DNA of 64,000 nucleotides from Pristiophorus japonicus. Taxonomy: Eukaryota. Positions within the stretch are counted from its first letter, which is position 1. Each line of letters starts with the position of its first letter. The notes beneath the pieces are model-generated. The model saw only the letters and a list, made by a program, of their open reading frames with translations. It searched no databases and was not told where the DNA came from. This document shows, in pieces, positions 23,146-35,900 of this stretch. Location of the stretch: assembly GCF_044704955.1 (NCBI RefSeq), contig NC_092006.1, positions 4,836,001-4,900,000 on the forward strand. Reading direction: 5' to 3'. The position numbers and the translations under genes are program-made.

Positions 23146-23599
23146 GGCACCTCGTCTCTACGCATGTTAGTTTGACCACACTTGGAGCACTGCGCACGGT
23201 TCTGGTCTCCATCTTTCAAAAGAATATAGAGGCACTGGAGCGGGTGTAAACAAGATTCAGAAAGATGACACCAGAACTGAGAGAGGTTATACTGATCAGG
23301 AAAGGCTGGACAGACTGGGGCACTTTTCTCCAGAAAATTACATAGTATGCACATCACAAAAACAGACCATTCAGCCCCACCGCTCCGTGCCGGGGTTTAT
23401 GCTCCACACCAGCCCCTCCCACCTCTCTCCATCTCACCCCATTCGCCATATCCTTCTATTCCTTTCTCCCTCATGTGTTTATCCAGCCTCCCCTTAAATA
23501 CATCGATACTATTCGCCTCAACCCCTCCCTATGGCAGCGAGTTCCACATCTCAGCGCTCTCTGGGTCAAGAAGTTTCTCCTGAATTCCCCATTGGGTTT

Positions 23600-25070
23600 A
23601 TAAGAACATAAGAAACAGGAGCAGGAGTAGGCCATTCGGCCCCTCGAGCCTGCTCTGTCATTTAGTACGATCATGGCTGATCTGATCATGGACTCAGCTC
23701 CACTTCCCTGCCCGCCCCCTTATTCCCTTATCGTTTAAGAAACTGTCTTAAATTTATTCAATGTCCCAGCTTCCACAGCTCTCTGAGGCAGCAAATTCCA
23801 CAGATTTACAACCCTCTGAGAGAAGAAATTTCTCCTCATCTCAGTTTTAAATGGGCGGCCCCTTATTCTAAGACCATGCCCCCTAGTTCTAGTCTCTCCC
23901 ATCAGTGGAAACATCCTCTCTGCATCCACCTTGTCAAGCCCCCTCATAATCTTATATGTTTCGATAAGATCACCTTTCATTCTTCTGAATTCCAATGAGT
24001 AGAGGCCCAACCTACTCAACCTTTCCTCATAAGTCAACCCCCTCATCCCCGGAATCAACTGAGTGAACCTTCTCTGAACTGCCTCCAAAGCAAGTATATC
24101 CTTTCGTAAATATGGAAACCAAAACTGCACGCAGTACTCCAGGTGTGGCCTCACCAATACCCTGTATAACTGTAGCAAGACTTCCCTGCTTTTATACTCC
24201 ATCCCCTTTGCAATAAAGGCCAAGATTCCATTGGTCTTCCTGATCACTTGCTGTACCTGCATACTATCCTTTTGTGTTTCATGCACAAGTACCCCCAGGT
24301 CCCGCTGTACTGCAGCACTTTGCAATCTTTCTCCATTTAAATAATAACTTGCTCTTTGATTTTTTTCTGCCAAAGTGCATGACTTCACACTTTCCAACAT
24401 TATACTCCATCTGCCAAATTTTTGCCCACTCACTTAGCCTGTCTCTGTCCTTTTGCAGATTTTTTGTGTCCTCCTCACACATTGCTTTTCCTCCCATCTT
24501 TGTATCATCAGCAAACTTGGCTACATTACACTCAGTCCCTTCTTCCAAGTCATCAATCTAGATTCCAAGTCGCCAATACAACACTGATCCCTGCGGCACC
24601 CCCCCTAGATACAGATTGCCAATCTGAGAATGAACCATTTATCCCGACTCTCTGTTTTCTATTTGTTAGCCAATCCTCTATCCATGCTAATATATTGCCC
24701 CCAACCCCGTAAACTTTTATCTTGTGCAGTAACCTTTCATGTGGCACCTTGTCAAATGCCTTCTGGAAGTCCAAATACACCACATCCACTGGTTCCCCTT
24801 TATCCATCTTGTTCATTACATCCTAAAAGAATTCCAGCAAATTTGTCAAACATGACTTCCCCTTCATAAATCCATGCTGACTCTGCCTGACCCAATTTTG
24901 CTTTTCCAAATGTCCTGCTACTGCTTCTTTAATAATGCACTCCAACATTTTCCCGACCACAGATGTTAGGCTAACTGGTCTATAGTTTCCTGCTTTTTGT
25001 CTGCCTCCTTTTTTAAATAGGGGCGTTACATTTGAAGTTTTCCAATCTGCTGGGACCTCTGCAGAATCCA
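23600..25070 (-). mobile_element. CR1 ORF2 fragment with frameshifts and an internal disruption
   Basis: [33 protein letters not shown]. Confidence 0.9.
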
Positions 25071-25299
25071 TTTATGAGTGACTGTCTTATATCGATGGCC
25101 CCCTCGTTCTGGTCTTCTCCCTCAAGTTGGAAGCATCTCTATTGTGAGGCAGAAGTGGATATGATCCATTCAGACTTCCCTATAATGGTGGTGAGCACAT
25201 ATTTGAGGTATGGAGAACCCAGATGCAATGAAAATGGGTTAAGAATGTAAAAAAACACAAGATAAGGCCCGAGGACTGTGCAAGAAACAGACCTGGGAA

Positions 25300-25650
25300 A
25301 CATAGACATAGAAACACAGAAAATAGGTGCAGGAGCAGGCCATTCGACCCTTCGAGCCTGCACCACCATTCAATATGATCATGGCTGATCATGCAACTTC
25401 AGTACCCCATTCCTGCTTTCTCTCCATACCCCCTTGATCCCTTTAGCCGTAAGGGCCACATCTAACTCCTTTTTGAATATATCCAACGAACTGGCCTCAA
25501 CAACTTTCTGTGGTAGAGAATTCCACAGGTTCACAATTCTCTGAGTGAAGAAGTTTCTCCTCATCTCGGTCCTAAATGGCTTATCCCTTATCCTTAGACT
25601 GTGACCCCTGGTTCTGGACTTCCCCAACATCGGGAATATTCTTCCTGCAT
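25300..25650 (-). mobile_element. CR1 3' fragment
   Basis: DAGRIFPMLGKSRTRGH..; tail present. Confidence 0.85.
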
Positions 25651-26194
25651 CTAGAATTGGCTTCGAAAAGGCGGATCCCAAACAATAGTGAGAGTTAATA
25701 ACTAACTTTACTGCATGCATTTCTGTTCGAACTATAAACGAGGTCAGGTGTAATCGAATAAACAGGGCTCGACGATTTCTGGAGACTGGGGCAAACCGGG
25801 TTCAACTGGGTGCTGTCTGTAATACACGTGTCTTAATTTCCAGAATTATCCAGATAACCAATTATTCACACGAGTGAATCTAGGTAAATAAGATTAACTT
25901 GCAGCACAACTCATTGCAAAATCCGTCGTCGCCTTTGAGGATTGATGGAACTTTATGTCAGAATATATGGGTTTAAAAAGAACAAGTTATGCCAGAAAGC
26001 AGCAGTAAGGGTGTGTTACCAGCTATAATCCGCAAACTCTGTATAAAACGTTGAGGGGGCTTGGAACCAGAAAAGCCAGCGTGTTGCAGACAATGTGCTG
26101 TCCCAGTATGGAGATCTGTGCTCCAATTTATTCTGTCCCAGGCCTCAAATCAGCAAATGGGCGGTTTGGTCACTCCTGGGAATCGCCACTTCTA

Positions 26195-26508
26195 TCATCG
26201 CGGCATCCCCACCGACACCTGGGAGTCCCTGTGGCCAAAGACCGGTTCGCCCCAAGTGGAGGAAGTGCATCCGGGAGGGCGCTGAGCACCTCGAGTCTGG
26301 TCGCCGAGAGCGTGCAGAAACCAAGCGCAGGCAGCGGAAGGAGCGTGCGGCAAACCTGTCCCACCCTCCCCTTACCCTCAACCACTGTCTGTCCCACCCG
26401 TGACAGGGGACTGTGGCTCTCGTATTGGACTGTTCGGCCACCGAAGGACTCATGCTAAGAGTGGAAGCGAGTCTTCCTCGATTCCGAGGGTCTGCCGACG
26501 ATGATGAT
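26195..26508 (+). mobile_element. RTE-clade LINE 3' fragment
   Basis: Homologous to 9105-9405; (GAT)n tail. Confidence 0.75.
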
Positions 26509-26934
26509 TATATTGTAGGACAGCTCTGTCTTCTACGTCGATGTGTATGCGCGTCGTGCACAACGGTTGATTCACATCCGAATCATTGAAAGATTTGTTT
26601 GCCAGTGATATCAAGGGCTTTTATTTTGCACTGGAAGTTGAGAATAAATGGACCTGAAACGGGAAGTTCTACTGACAGCACTGCGGTATAGCGCCGGCTA
26701 GCGATGAAATTGATGTTGTGCAACCCCCCCCCCAAAGGCCAGTTATCGCACTCAGTACCCCAGGGTGAGAGGTTCCTTGGGTATTTGACGATCCGGACAT
26801 TTCTTTGGCCAGTACCGCGCGGACCCACTAATTCAAGAGGACTGGCGGGTCAGTGCTCAGTTGAAATCTGATAACCCCCACACAACAGAGAAATGCAGTT
26901 CATTGCAGGGGTCCCGCAAATAACCCATCTTTTA

Positions 26935-27395
26935 GCACCAGGAGGAGGCCATTCAGCCCCTCGAGCCTGCGGTTCCATTCAGTTAGCTCATGGGCTGATC
27001 TGTATCTTAACCCCATCCACCTGCCTTGGTCCCGTAACCCTGAATACCCTTACCCAACAAATAGCTATCCATCTTAGTTTTGACATTTTACAATTGCCCC
27101 CTCGCGCCCCCCCCCAGCCTCGACAGCTTTCTGAGGGAGAGAGTTCCACATTGCCACTACCCTTTGTGTGAAGAAGGGCTTCCTGACATCAACCCTCAAT
27201 GGCCTGGCTCTAATTTTAAGGTGACATCCCCTTGTTCTGGACTCCCCCCACCAAGAGGCCATAGTTTCTCTCAATCTACCCCCTCAACTCCTTCAATCAT
27301 CTTAAATACTTCAAATAGATCATTCCTTGATCTTCTATATTCAAGAGAATTCAAGCCTCGTCCATGCAAACGGTCCTCACAATTGAACTCTTTCC
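26935..27395 (-). mobile_element. Old CR1 3' fragment
   Basis: ESRTRG..FFTQRVV..WNSLPQKAVE. Confidence 0.75.
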
Positions 27396-27399
27396 CATA

Positions 27400-28065
27400 G
27401 TGTCAGCTGTGGTTGTGGGTAGCACACTCGTCTCAGAGTCAGAAGGTCATCGGTTCAAGTCCCACTCCAGGAACTTGAGCATATAAATCCAGGATGGCAC
27501 TCCCAGTGCAGTGCTGAGGGAGCGCCGCACTGTCGGAGGGGCGGTGCTGAGGGAGCGCCGCACTGTCGGAGGGGCGGTGCTGAGGGAGCGCCGCACTGTC
27601 GGAGGGGCGGTGCTGAGGGAGCGCCGCACTGTCGGAGGGGCAGTGCTGAGGGCGCGCCGCACTGTCGGAGGGTCCGTACTGAGGGAGTGCCGCATTGTCA
27701 TAGGGACGATACTGAGGGAGCGCCGCACTGTCGGAGGTGCTGTCTTTCAGATGAGACATTTAAACCGAGGCCCTGTCTGCCCTCTCAAGTGGATGTAAAA
27801 GATCCCATGGCACTATTTCGAAGAAGAGTAGGGGAGTTATCTCTGGTTCTTGGCCAATATTTATCCCTCAATCTACAAAGCAGATGATCTGGGTCATTAT
27901 CACATTGCTGTGTGTGGGAGCTTGCTGTGCGCAAATTCAGCTGCCGCGTTTCTCACATTACAACAGTAACTATACTCCAAAAGTACTTCATTGCTGTAAA
28001 GCGCAGTTTGAGACATCCAGTGGTCATGAAAGGCGCTCTATAACTGCAATGGTTTTCTTCTTTCT
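27400..28065 (+). mobile_element. Near full-length tRNA-derived Deu-domain SINE (SacSINE1-like) with an internal 33-bp array (27510-27740)
   Basis: tRNA-like head with B-box GGTTCAAGTCC; core gatgagac..taaaccgagg..aaagatcccatggcact; tail gaaaggcgctctataa. The family name is from recollection, not a search. Confidence 0.75.
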
Positions 28066-28907
28066 AGCCCCTGCATAATGTATCTGTTTAAGTCTCAAAT
28101 GAGGTACTGTATACTGGGATTACTCCAACCCCGGTAGATTTCTCTATTTGAACTAACCGGAACTACGCGTGAGTTGGATAAAATTTACCAAAGATATTTG
28201 ATAGCATTCCATTGCTACCACAAGTCACACACCACCTCGGGATTTCCGGATCTGCTTTACAGCCAACGGAGCAACATTTTCAAGTGTGGTCACTGGTGCA
28301 ATGTCGGGACACGCGGCCAATTTCCGCACAGCAAGCTCCCACAAACTCACGCTTACCAAAAGAAAATCACTAAACTGGCTGTAAAGCGCGTTGGGACGTC
28401 CTGATGTCGTGAAAGGCACTATATAAATTCCCTAAATTAAGAAGTGTGGGTTATAGACAGGCCCCAGTCTCTAGAACTTGTCGGTCCCTGTTTACCGATT
28501 ACACCTAGTTCGAACAGAAATGCACACAGTAAAGTTAGTTATTTATTCTCAATATTGTTTCCGATCCTCCTTTTCTAAGAGGAGCCAATTCTAGTTCTCG
28601 GGTCTGTTTCTTGCACAGTCCTCGGGCCTTATCTTGTGTGTTTTTACATTCTTAACACGTCTACATTACATCTGACTTCTCCATACCTCAAATATGTGCT
28701 CACCCCCCACCCCGTTATAGAGAAGGCTGTATGGATCCTATCCACTACCGTCTCACAATAGAGATGTTTCCACTTGTGGGAGAGCCTAGATCTAGGGGGC
28801 CATCACTATACGACAGTCACCCATAAATCCAATGGGGAATTCAGGAGAAACTTCATCACCCAGAAAATGGGGAGAATGTGGAACTCGCTGCCAAAGGGAG
28901 GGGTTGA

Positions 28908-29280
28908 AACATAGAATCATAGAAAATAGGTGCAGGAACAGGCCATTCGGCCCTTTGAACCTGCACCACCATTCAATATGATCATGGCTGATCATGCAAC
29001 TTCAGTACCCCATTCCTGCTTTCTCTCCATACCCCCTTGATCCCTTCAGCCGTAAGGACCACATCTAACTCCCTTTTGAATATATCCAACGAACTGGCCT
29101 CAACAACTCTCTGCAGGAGAGACTTCCACAGGTTCACAATTCTCTGAGTGAAGATGTTTCTCCTCATCTCGGTCCTAGATGGCTTACCCCTTATCCTGAG
29201 AGTGTGACCCCTGGTTCTGGACTTCCCCAACATCGGGAACATTCTTCCTGCATCTACCCGGTCCAATCCCGGCAGAATCT
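28908..29280 (-). mobile_element. CR1 3' fragment present only in the gene C arm
   Basis: Interrupts homology with the 23520 region. Confidence 0.85.
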
Positions 29281-29654
29281 GAGGCGAATAGTATCGATGC
29301 ATTTAAGGGGAGGCTGGATCAACACATGAGGGAGAAAGGAATAGAAGGATATGGGGATGGGGTGAGATGGAGAGTGGTGGGAGGGGCTGGTGTGGAGCAT
29401 AAACCCCGGCACGGAGCGGTGGGGCTGAATGATCTGTTTCTGTGATGTACATTCTCTCTAATTTTCGAGAGAAAAGTGCCCCAGTCTGTTGAGCCTTTCC
29501 TGATCAGTATAACCTCTCTCAATTCTGGTGTCATCTTTCTGAATCTTGTTTACACCCGCTCCAGTGCCTCTATATTCTTTTGAAAGATGGAGACCAGAAC
29601 CGTGCGCAGTGCTCCAAGTGTGGTCAAACTAACATGCGTAGAGACGAGGTGCCT

Positions 29655-29815
29655 TCTGTAACACAGATGGTGTGTGTGTGTTTTATCTCTTTACCTGTAA
29701 AAACAGGAAACCCACACAGAGCTTTCTGCCTTGGCACTATTTTGCAGCCCAAATCGTACATTTATTAATAAACACAGTGCGTGCTTACCACAATTGGCTC
29801 GGCATTTCACACCAG
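29655..29815 (+). promoter_or_regulatory. Gene C proximal promoter
   Basis: AACAGGAAACCCACA at 29702-29716, TTTATTAATAAA at 29761, GCATTTCAC at 29802. Confidence 0.5.
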
Positions 29816-29897
29816 CCTCGCACCGACCTGCTGACAAGCATTCCTCCCTGAGCTGCCAGTCCCAGCATCAGAGTTCAACCCTCCTGGGGCAGTGATA

Positions 29898-29940
29898 ATG
29901 AGCTTCTGTGGCCTCTGTGTGCTGTTCCATCTCTTCCAAG
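29898..29940 (+). CDS. Gene C leader exon [14 protein letters not shown]
   Basis: atgagcttc...ttccaag|gtgaga, 43 nt. Confidence 0.84.
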
Positions 29941-32900
29941 GTGAGATAGCCTTCGATGTTTTGCCAGAGTGGGGAAGGGGTTAGGAGAGAGTCAACCAAG
30001 GGAAGGGTTTTGGAGCGAATTAATAAGGAAAAGGGTTTTGGAGAGAATTAATAAGGTGAAGGGTTTTGGAGGGAATTAATAAGGAGAAGGGTTTTGGATA
30101 GAATTAATGAGGAGAAGGGTTTTGGAGAGAATTAAAAAGGAGAAGGGTTTTGGAGGGAATTAATAAGGAGAAGGGTTTTGGAGAGAATTAAAAAGGAGAA
30201 GGGTTTTGGAGGGAATTAATAAGGAGAAGGGTTTTGGATAGAATTAATAAGGAGAAGGGTTTTGGAGAGAATTAAAAAGGAGAAGGGTTTTGGAGGGAAT
30301 TAATAAGGAGAAGGGTTTTGGATAGAATTAATGAGGAGAAGGGTTTTGGAGAGAATTAATAAGGAGAAGGGTTTTGGATACAATTAATCAGGAGAAGGGT
30401 TTTGGATAGATTTAATAATGAGAAGGGTTTTGGATAGAATTAATAAGGAGAAGGGTTTTGGAGAGAATTAATAAGGAGAAGAGTTTGGATAGATTTAATA
30501 ATGAGAAAGGTTTTGGATAGAATTAATAAGGAGAAGGGTTTTGGAGAGAATTAATAAGGAGAAGGGTTTTGGAGAGAATTAATAACGAGAAGGGTTTTGG
30601 AGAGAATTAATAAGGAGAAGGGTTTTGAATAGATTTAATAATGAGAAGGGTTTTGGATAGAATTAATAATGAGAAGGGTTTTGGATAGAATTAATAATGA
30701 GAAGAGTTTGGATAGATTTAATAATGAGAAAGGTTTTGGATAGAATTAATAAGGAGAAGGGTTTTGGAGAGAATTAATAAGGAGAAGGGTTTTGGATACA
30801 ATTAATAAGGAGAAGGGTTTTGGATACAATTAATAAGGAGAAGGGTTTTGGATAGAATTAATAAGGAGACGAGTTTGGATAGATTTAATAATGAGAAAGG
30901 TTTTGGATAGAATTAATAAGGAGAAGGGTTTTGGATACAATTAATAAGGAGAAGGGTTTTGGATAGATTTAATAATGAGAAGGGTTTTGGATAGAATTAA
31001 TAAGGAGAAGGGTTTTGGAGAGAATTAATAAGGAGAAGGGTTTTGGAGAGAATTAATAAGGAGAAGGGTTTTGAATAGATTTAATAATGAGAAGGGTTTT
31101 GGATAGAATTAATAAGGAGAAGGGTTTTGGATAGAATTAATAAGGAGAAGGGTTTTGGAGAGAATTAATAAGGAGAAGGGTTTTGGATAGAATTAATCAG
31201 GAGAAGGTTTTGGAGAGAATTAATAAGGAGAAGGGTTTTGGAGAGAATTAATGAGGGGAAGGTTTTGGAGAGAGTTAATAAGGAGGAGGGTTTTGGAAAG
31301 CATTAATAAGGAGAAGGGATTTGGAGAGAATTAATAAGGAGAAGGGTTTTGGATAGAATTAATAATGAGAAGGTGTTTTGGATAGAATTAATAATGAGAA
31401 CGGTTTTGGATAGAATTAATAAGGAGAAGGGTTTTGGAGAGAATTAATAAGGAGAAGGGTTTTGGCTAGATTTAATAATGAGAAGGGTTTTGGATAGAAT
31501 TAATAATGAGAAGGGTTTTGGAGAGAATTAATAAGGAGAAGGTGTTTTGGATAGAATTAATAATGAGAACGGTTTTGGATAGAATTAATAAGGAGAAGGG
31601 TTTTGGAAAGAATTAATAAGGAGAAGGGTTTTGGAGAGAATTAATAATGAGAACGGTTTTGGATAGAATTAATAATGAGAAGGGTTTTGGATAGAATTAA
31701 TAAGGAGAAGGATTTTGGAAAGAATTAATAAGGAGAAGGGTTTTGGATAGATTTAATAAGGAGAAGGGTTTTGGATAGATTTAATAAGGAGAAGGGTTTT
31801 GGATAGAATTAATAATGAGAAGGGTTTTGGATAGAATTAATAAGGAGACGGGTTTTGGATAGAATTAATAAGGAGAAGGTTTCCGATCGAGTAAAGAAGG
31901 AGAGATTGTTTCCAGTGGGAGGAGGGTGGGTAAGCAGAGGACACATGTTTGAGATAATCGGTAACAGAACCAGAGGGGGAGTTCAGGACGTGATTTCAAG
32001 CCCTGGGAGCTTGTGCTCGGGAACGCGCTGCCTGAAAGGGGCACTGGGAGCAGATGAAAAAGTGACTTTCAAACGGGGGAATTGGATAAATATTTGGAAA
32101 GGAGGCAATATGCCGGGCTGTGGGGAAAGAGCAGGGGCGGAGTGGGAATGATTGAGTCGCTCTGTCACAGAGCCGGCACAACACAGGTTTGATGGGCCGA
32201 ATGGCCTCCTGTGTTGCATCGTTCGATGATACACAAGTTTGCGTTTAACTATAATTTTTTTAAGAAGCAGCTTAGATATTGGGCAAAGTATAAAGGTGTG
32301 CGGGCTTCGCTCAATACCGATCGCGCGACTTTGGAGCCGAACATTGTGATGGGTGAGTGGAAGCGAATGTGACACTGAACTGCCCCCTAACTGAGATAAA
32401 GATGTCAGTGAACTCCGGTATTTGAAGGCGAGGGTCTGCCGTTGGGAGAGGGGGGCCTGTCTAGTGGAATTAGTGAGAAAGCTATCGCCCCATTTTAACA
32501 TAATCAAGCGCCCCCCGGTCCCCAACCCCTGGAGAGATGGATTGGAGAGCCGGGTTAGACCAGGGGGAAGCATAATCGGTTTGGGAGAAGGCTTTTGCAA
32601 TCTTAACTGCAGCCAGTCGCCATGGTGCTCGCCAATGATTGGAGCGGATTTCACAGCGAACGGACTCGGACTGTGCGCCTGTGGGAATTGCGGGCGGAGA
32701 GGCGCAATTTAACGGTGCGCAGCGCGGCGGAATTTCCCACACGCGCTCCCGACGCGCCAGTGGAGGGGAATTTGAGATGTGTCGGTATCCAGGGTGACTC
32801 GGGGGCCTATAACCTGTTGTTAATATTGTGTTTTTTTAATTTTTGTGTCCCCCCCCCCGCAACCTTGTCTCAGCTGTCGTGTCTCAGGCGGTCTTGAGCC

Positions 32901-35900
32901 AATTTCCGGCGCTGCTAACGGCCGATGTCGGGAGCCTGGTCAAACTGCAATGCCAGTCCGGGAGGCTGGCCCCGGGCATCGTTTACTGGTACACACACTG
33001 GCCCCGAGAGGGCATGCGGCTCGTTTACAAAACCGGACGGTTCGTGACGCCCGGGGGAAGATTTTCCGGCGAGGTATGCAAGCAATCGGGGAATTATTCG
33101 CTGGTCATTGACAATGTCCAGAGGAACGATTCTGGGCGGTATTACTGCGCTGCTCCAAACGCCGGGAATCGGACCCTGATATTCGGGACTGGCACCACGC
33201 TGGTGATCACAGGTAATCCCACACGCCCATCCAATTGTGCGTCGAGACACCAATTCAAACCTGCCTTGTGCGCCTGGTTAATTCCAATTTCCCTTCCATC
33301 TAGCGGGCCCCCCGGTCCTCTTCCTCTTAACGCCGCCGCCGGCTGAGATTCCCCGGCTGGAGAGGGTGCCCTTGATGTGTCTGGTGCGGGGCGCTGCTCC
33401 TGACTCCTCCCCCATCCGCTGGCTGGTTGCGGGACGGGCCGCCGAGGGACGGAGCGAGCCCGGGACGCTGGAGCCGGACGGGAGCTATACCGCCAGAAGC
33501 GTCCTGAGCGTCTCGGCCGAAACCTGGCGCAGCGGCGCCGTCTGCACTTGCACCGTTCCGATCAACGCCACCGGGGATCTCCTGAGTGAAAGCGTCGCGT
33601 CTCCGGGAGGTAACTGGAGCTACTGGCGGTTTGCCAAATAGTTAGTGATAATAATGTTCATTATAGTATTGCTGGGATGTGAGGGTTTTTTTTGCACGAG
33701 AGATTGTGTAGAATGGGCCTATGTTCTCTGGAGTTTCGTATAAGATGATGAGGGGGCTTGACAAGCTGGATGCAGAGAGGATGTTTCCACTGATGGGGGA
33801 GTCTAGAACTAGAGGGCATAATCTCAGAATAAGGGGCCGCCCATTTAAAACTGAGATGAGGAGGAATTTCTTCTCTGAGGGTTGTAAATCTGTGGAATTC
33901 GCTGCCTCAGAGAGCTGTGGAAGCCGGGACATTGAGTAAATTTACGATAGAAATAGACAGTTTCTTAACTGATAAGTAATTAAGGGGTTATGGGGAGCGG
34001 GCAGGGAAGTGGAGCTGAGTCCATGATCGGATCAGCCATGATCGTATTGAATGGCGGAGCAGGCTCGAGGGGCCGAATGGCCGACTCCTGCTCCTATTTC
34101 TTATGTTCTTATGGAGTTTCGAAGAAGGAGAGGTGATCTCATTGAAACGTACAAGACTCTGAGGGGGATTGACAGGGTGGATGCAGGGAGGGTGTTTCCC
34201 CCCGGGGCTGGGGAGTCTAGAACCAGGGGTCACACAGTCTCAGGGTAAGGGGTTGGCCATTTAAGACTAAGATGGGGAGAACGTTCTTCACTTGCGATTT
34301 ACTACGTTACAGGCGCTATATAAATATAAGTTGTTGTATATTGGGAGCACTAGTATGGAAAAGTAGTATTTTATAAATGACATGAGTTTGGAAAACAGCG
34401 AGACAGAGAGAGACCATATACACAAACCTGTAAATGTGGGAAGGGCAGGTTGGCGAGCTGGTTAAACTGGCTTACGGGGTACTTGAATTTATATAAGGAG
34501 ATATTGGAACAGTTGACCAAAAGCTTGGTCAAAGAGGGAGGTTTTACAGAAGGAGGAGAGGCGGAGAGGTTTAGGGAGAGAGTTCCAGAGCTTGGGGCCC
34601 CAGGCAGCTGAAGGCACGGCCACCAATGGTGGAGCGATAGAAATCGGGGGGAATGCTCAAGAGGCCAGGATTGGAAGAGCGCAGAGATCACAGCCACTTA
34701 CGTTGAGACAGTTCATAGTTCGTCACCATGTCTTTGATGATTCGGGCCAAAAACCAGCTTCAAACCCTCAGCGGACGAGGTTTCAGAATTTGACTGAATT
34801 ATTTTGTGTTTCGCTCATTTCACAAGAGTTGTCTTTCTGCCGTTCAGAGCCCCTTCACAGCTCGACCTGCCGCTTCGCGCTTTATGCCAGCCTGGCGATG
34901 GCTCCTCTTGTGATGGGGTTGATCGGTGTCGCGGTGGCACGGCGTGGCAAGACTCGCCAACCAGGTACTGCCCGTCTGAGCCAAACCCTCAATTTCGCCT
35001 TTAGCTGAACCTCTCCCTTTGGCGTGCCGGCCTGGACATTAACGCCAGTCATCTTCTTAAACCTAGAGAGTGCAGCCACGACTGACCGAGGTACCGCTTC
35101 AAGAATAAAGAAAGCAGAAGAGGAGGTAGGTGCCACAAAGATGGGAGATGTTATTTTCATTAAAGAGCGGGGGGCGGGACTAATTGGATCATGCTTTCAA
35201 AGAGCCGACACAAGCTCGAAGGGCCAACTAGCCTCCTTCTGTGCTGTAAGATTCTATACTGGTGTCAAGTGTTTCATTGGTGTCCATGGACATGTCCGTT
35301 GTCAGTAACTTCAATGAGACATTCACATTAATACACTTGTGCCTCTCTCAGAAACAACCCAAAGCTATTCACCTGCAATGAATTGCATAAGAACATAAGA
35401 ACATAAGAATTAGGAACAGGAGTAGGCCATCTAGCCCCTCAAGCCTGCTCCACCATTCAACAAGACCATGGCTGATCTGGACGTGGACTCAGCTCCACTT
35501 ACCCGCCCGCTCCCGTAACCCTTAATTCCCTTATTGGTTAAAAATCTATCTATCTGTGACTTGAATGCATTCAATGAGCTAGCCTCAACTGCTTCCTTGG
35601 GCAGAGAATTCCACAGATTCACAACCCTCTGGGAGAAGAAATTCCTTCTCAACTCGGTTTTAAATTGGCTCCCCCGTATTTTGAGGCTGTGCCCCCTAGT
35701 TCTAGTCTCCCCGACCAGTGGAAACAAACTCTCTGCCTCTATCTTGTCTATCCCTTTCATTATTTTAAATGTTTCTAGAAGATCACCCCTCATCCTTCTG
35801 AACTCCAACGAGTAAAGACCCAGTCTACTCAATCTATCATCATAAGGTCACCCCCTCATCTCCGGAATCAGCCGAGTGAATCGTCTCTGTACCCCCTCCA

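Larger units (their letters stand above)
17970..33615. repeat. Large inverted duplication: arms about 17970-25790 and 28460-33615, carrying the 5' halves of genes B and C
   Basis: Reverse-complement match. The outer parts (17970-23460 / 29340-33615) are near-identical; the inner parts are visibly more diverged and carry arm-specific CR1 insertions. Confidence 0.92.

Noticed and set aside
27400-27470. tRNA gene (also 10340-10410 and 62730-62795)
   Set aside because: These are tRNA-derived SINE heads, continuous with SINE body sequence at 27400 and 62730 and an isolated head fragment at 10340; no complete cloverleaf is evident.
29773-29810. CACAGTG heptamers (29773, its mirror near 23020, 16657 and 63073 minus) as RSSs
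   Set aside because: No ACAAAAACC-like nonamer at 12 or 23 nt spacing, and none abuts a V or J coding end.
32622-32897. ATG at 32622 (good Kozak context; mirror at 18966) as the start of genes C and B
   Set aside because: The peptide is not signal-like and is out of frame with the V exon. The 43-nt leaders at 29898 and 22901 fit phase, size and the gene A paralog.
6674-33609. Conventional rearranging TCR locus or germline-joined Ig light-chain clusters
   Set aside because: No RSS-flanked segments. The C1 exons end in splice donors rather than a Cys-stop. They are followed by TM and tyrosine-motif exons, and the TMs lack the TCR Lys/CART pattern. No gene symbol was assigned for this reason.
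17970-33615. Genes B and C as an assembly artefact (one gene or two haplotypes duplicated)
   Set aside because: Different TM and tail exons, arm-specific CR1 insertions, diverged inner arms and different minisatellite variant patterns indicate real paralogs. Long-read confirmation is still advisable.
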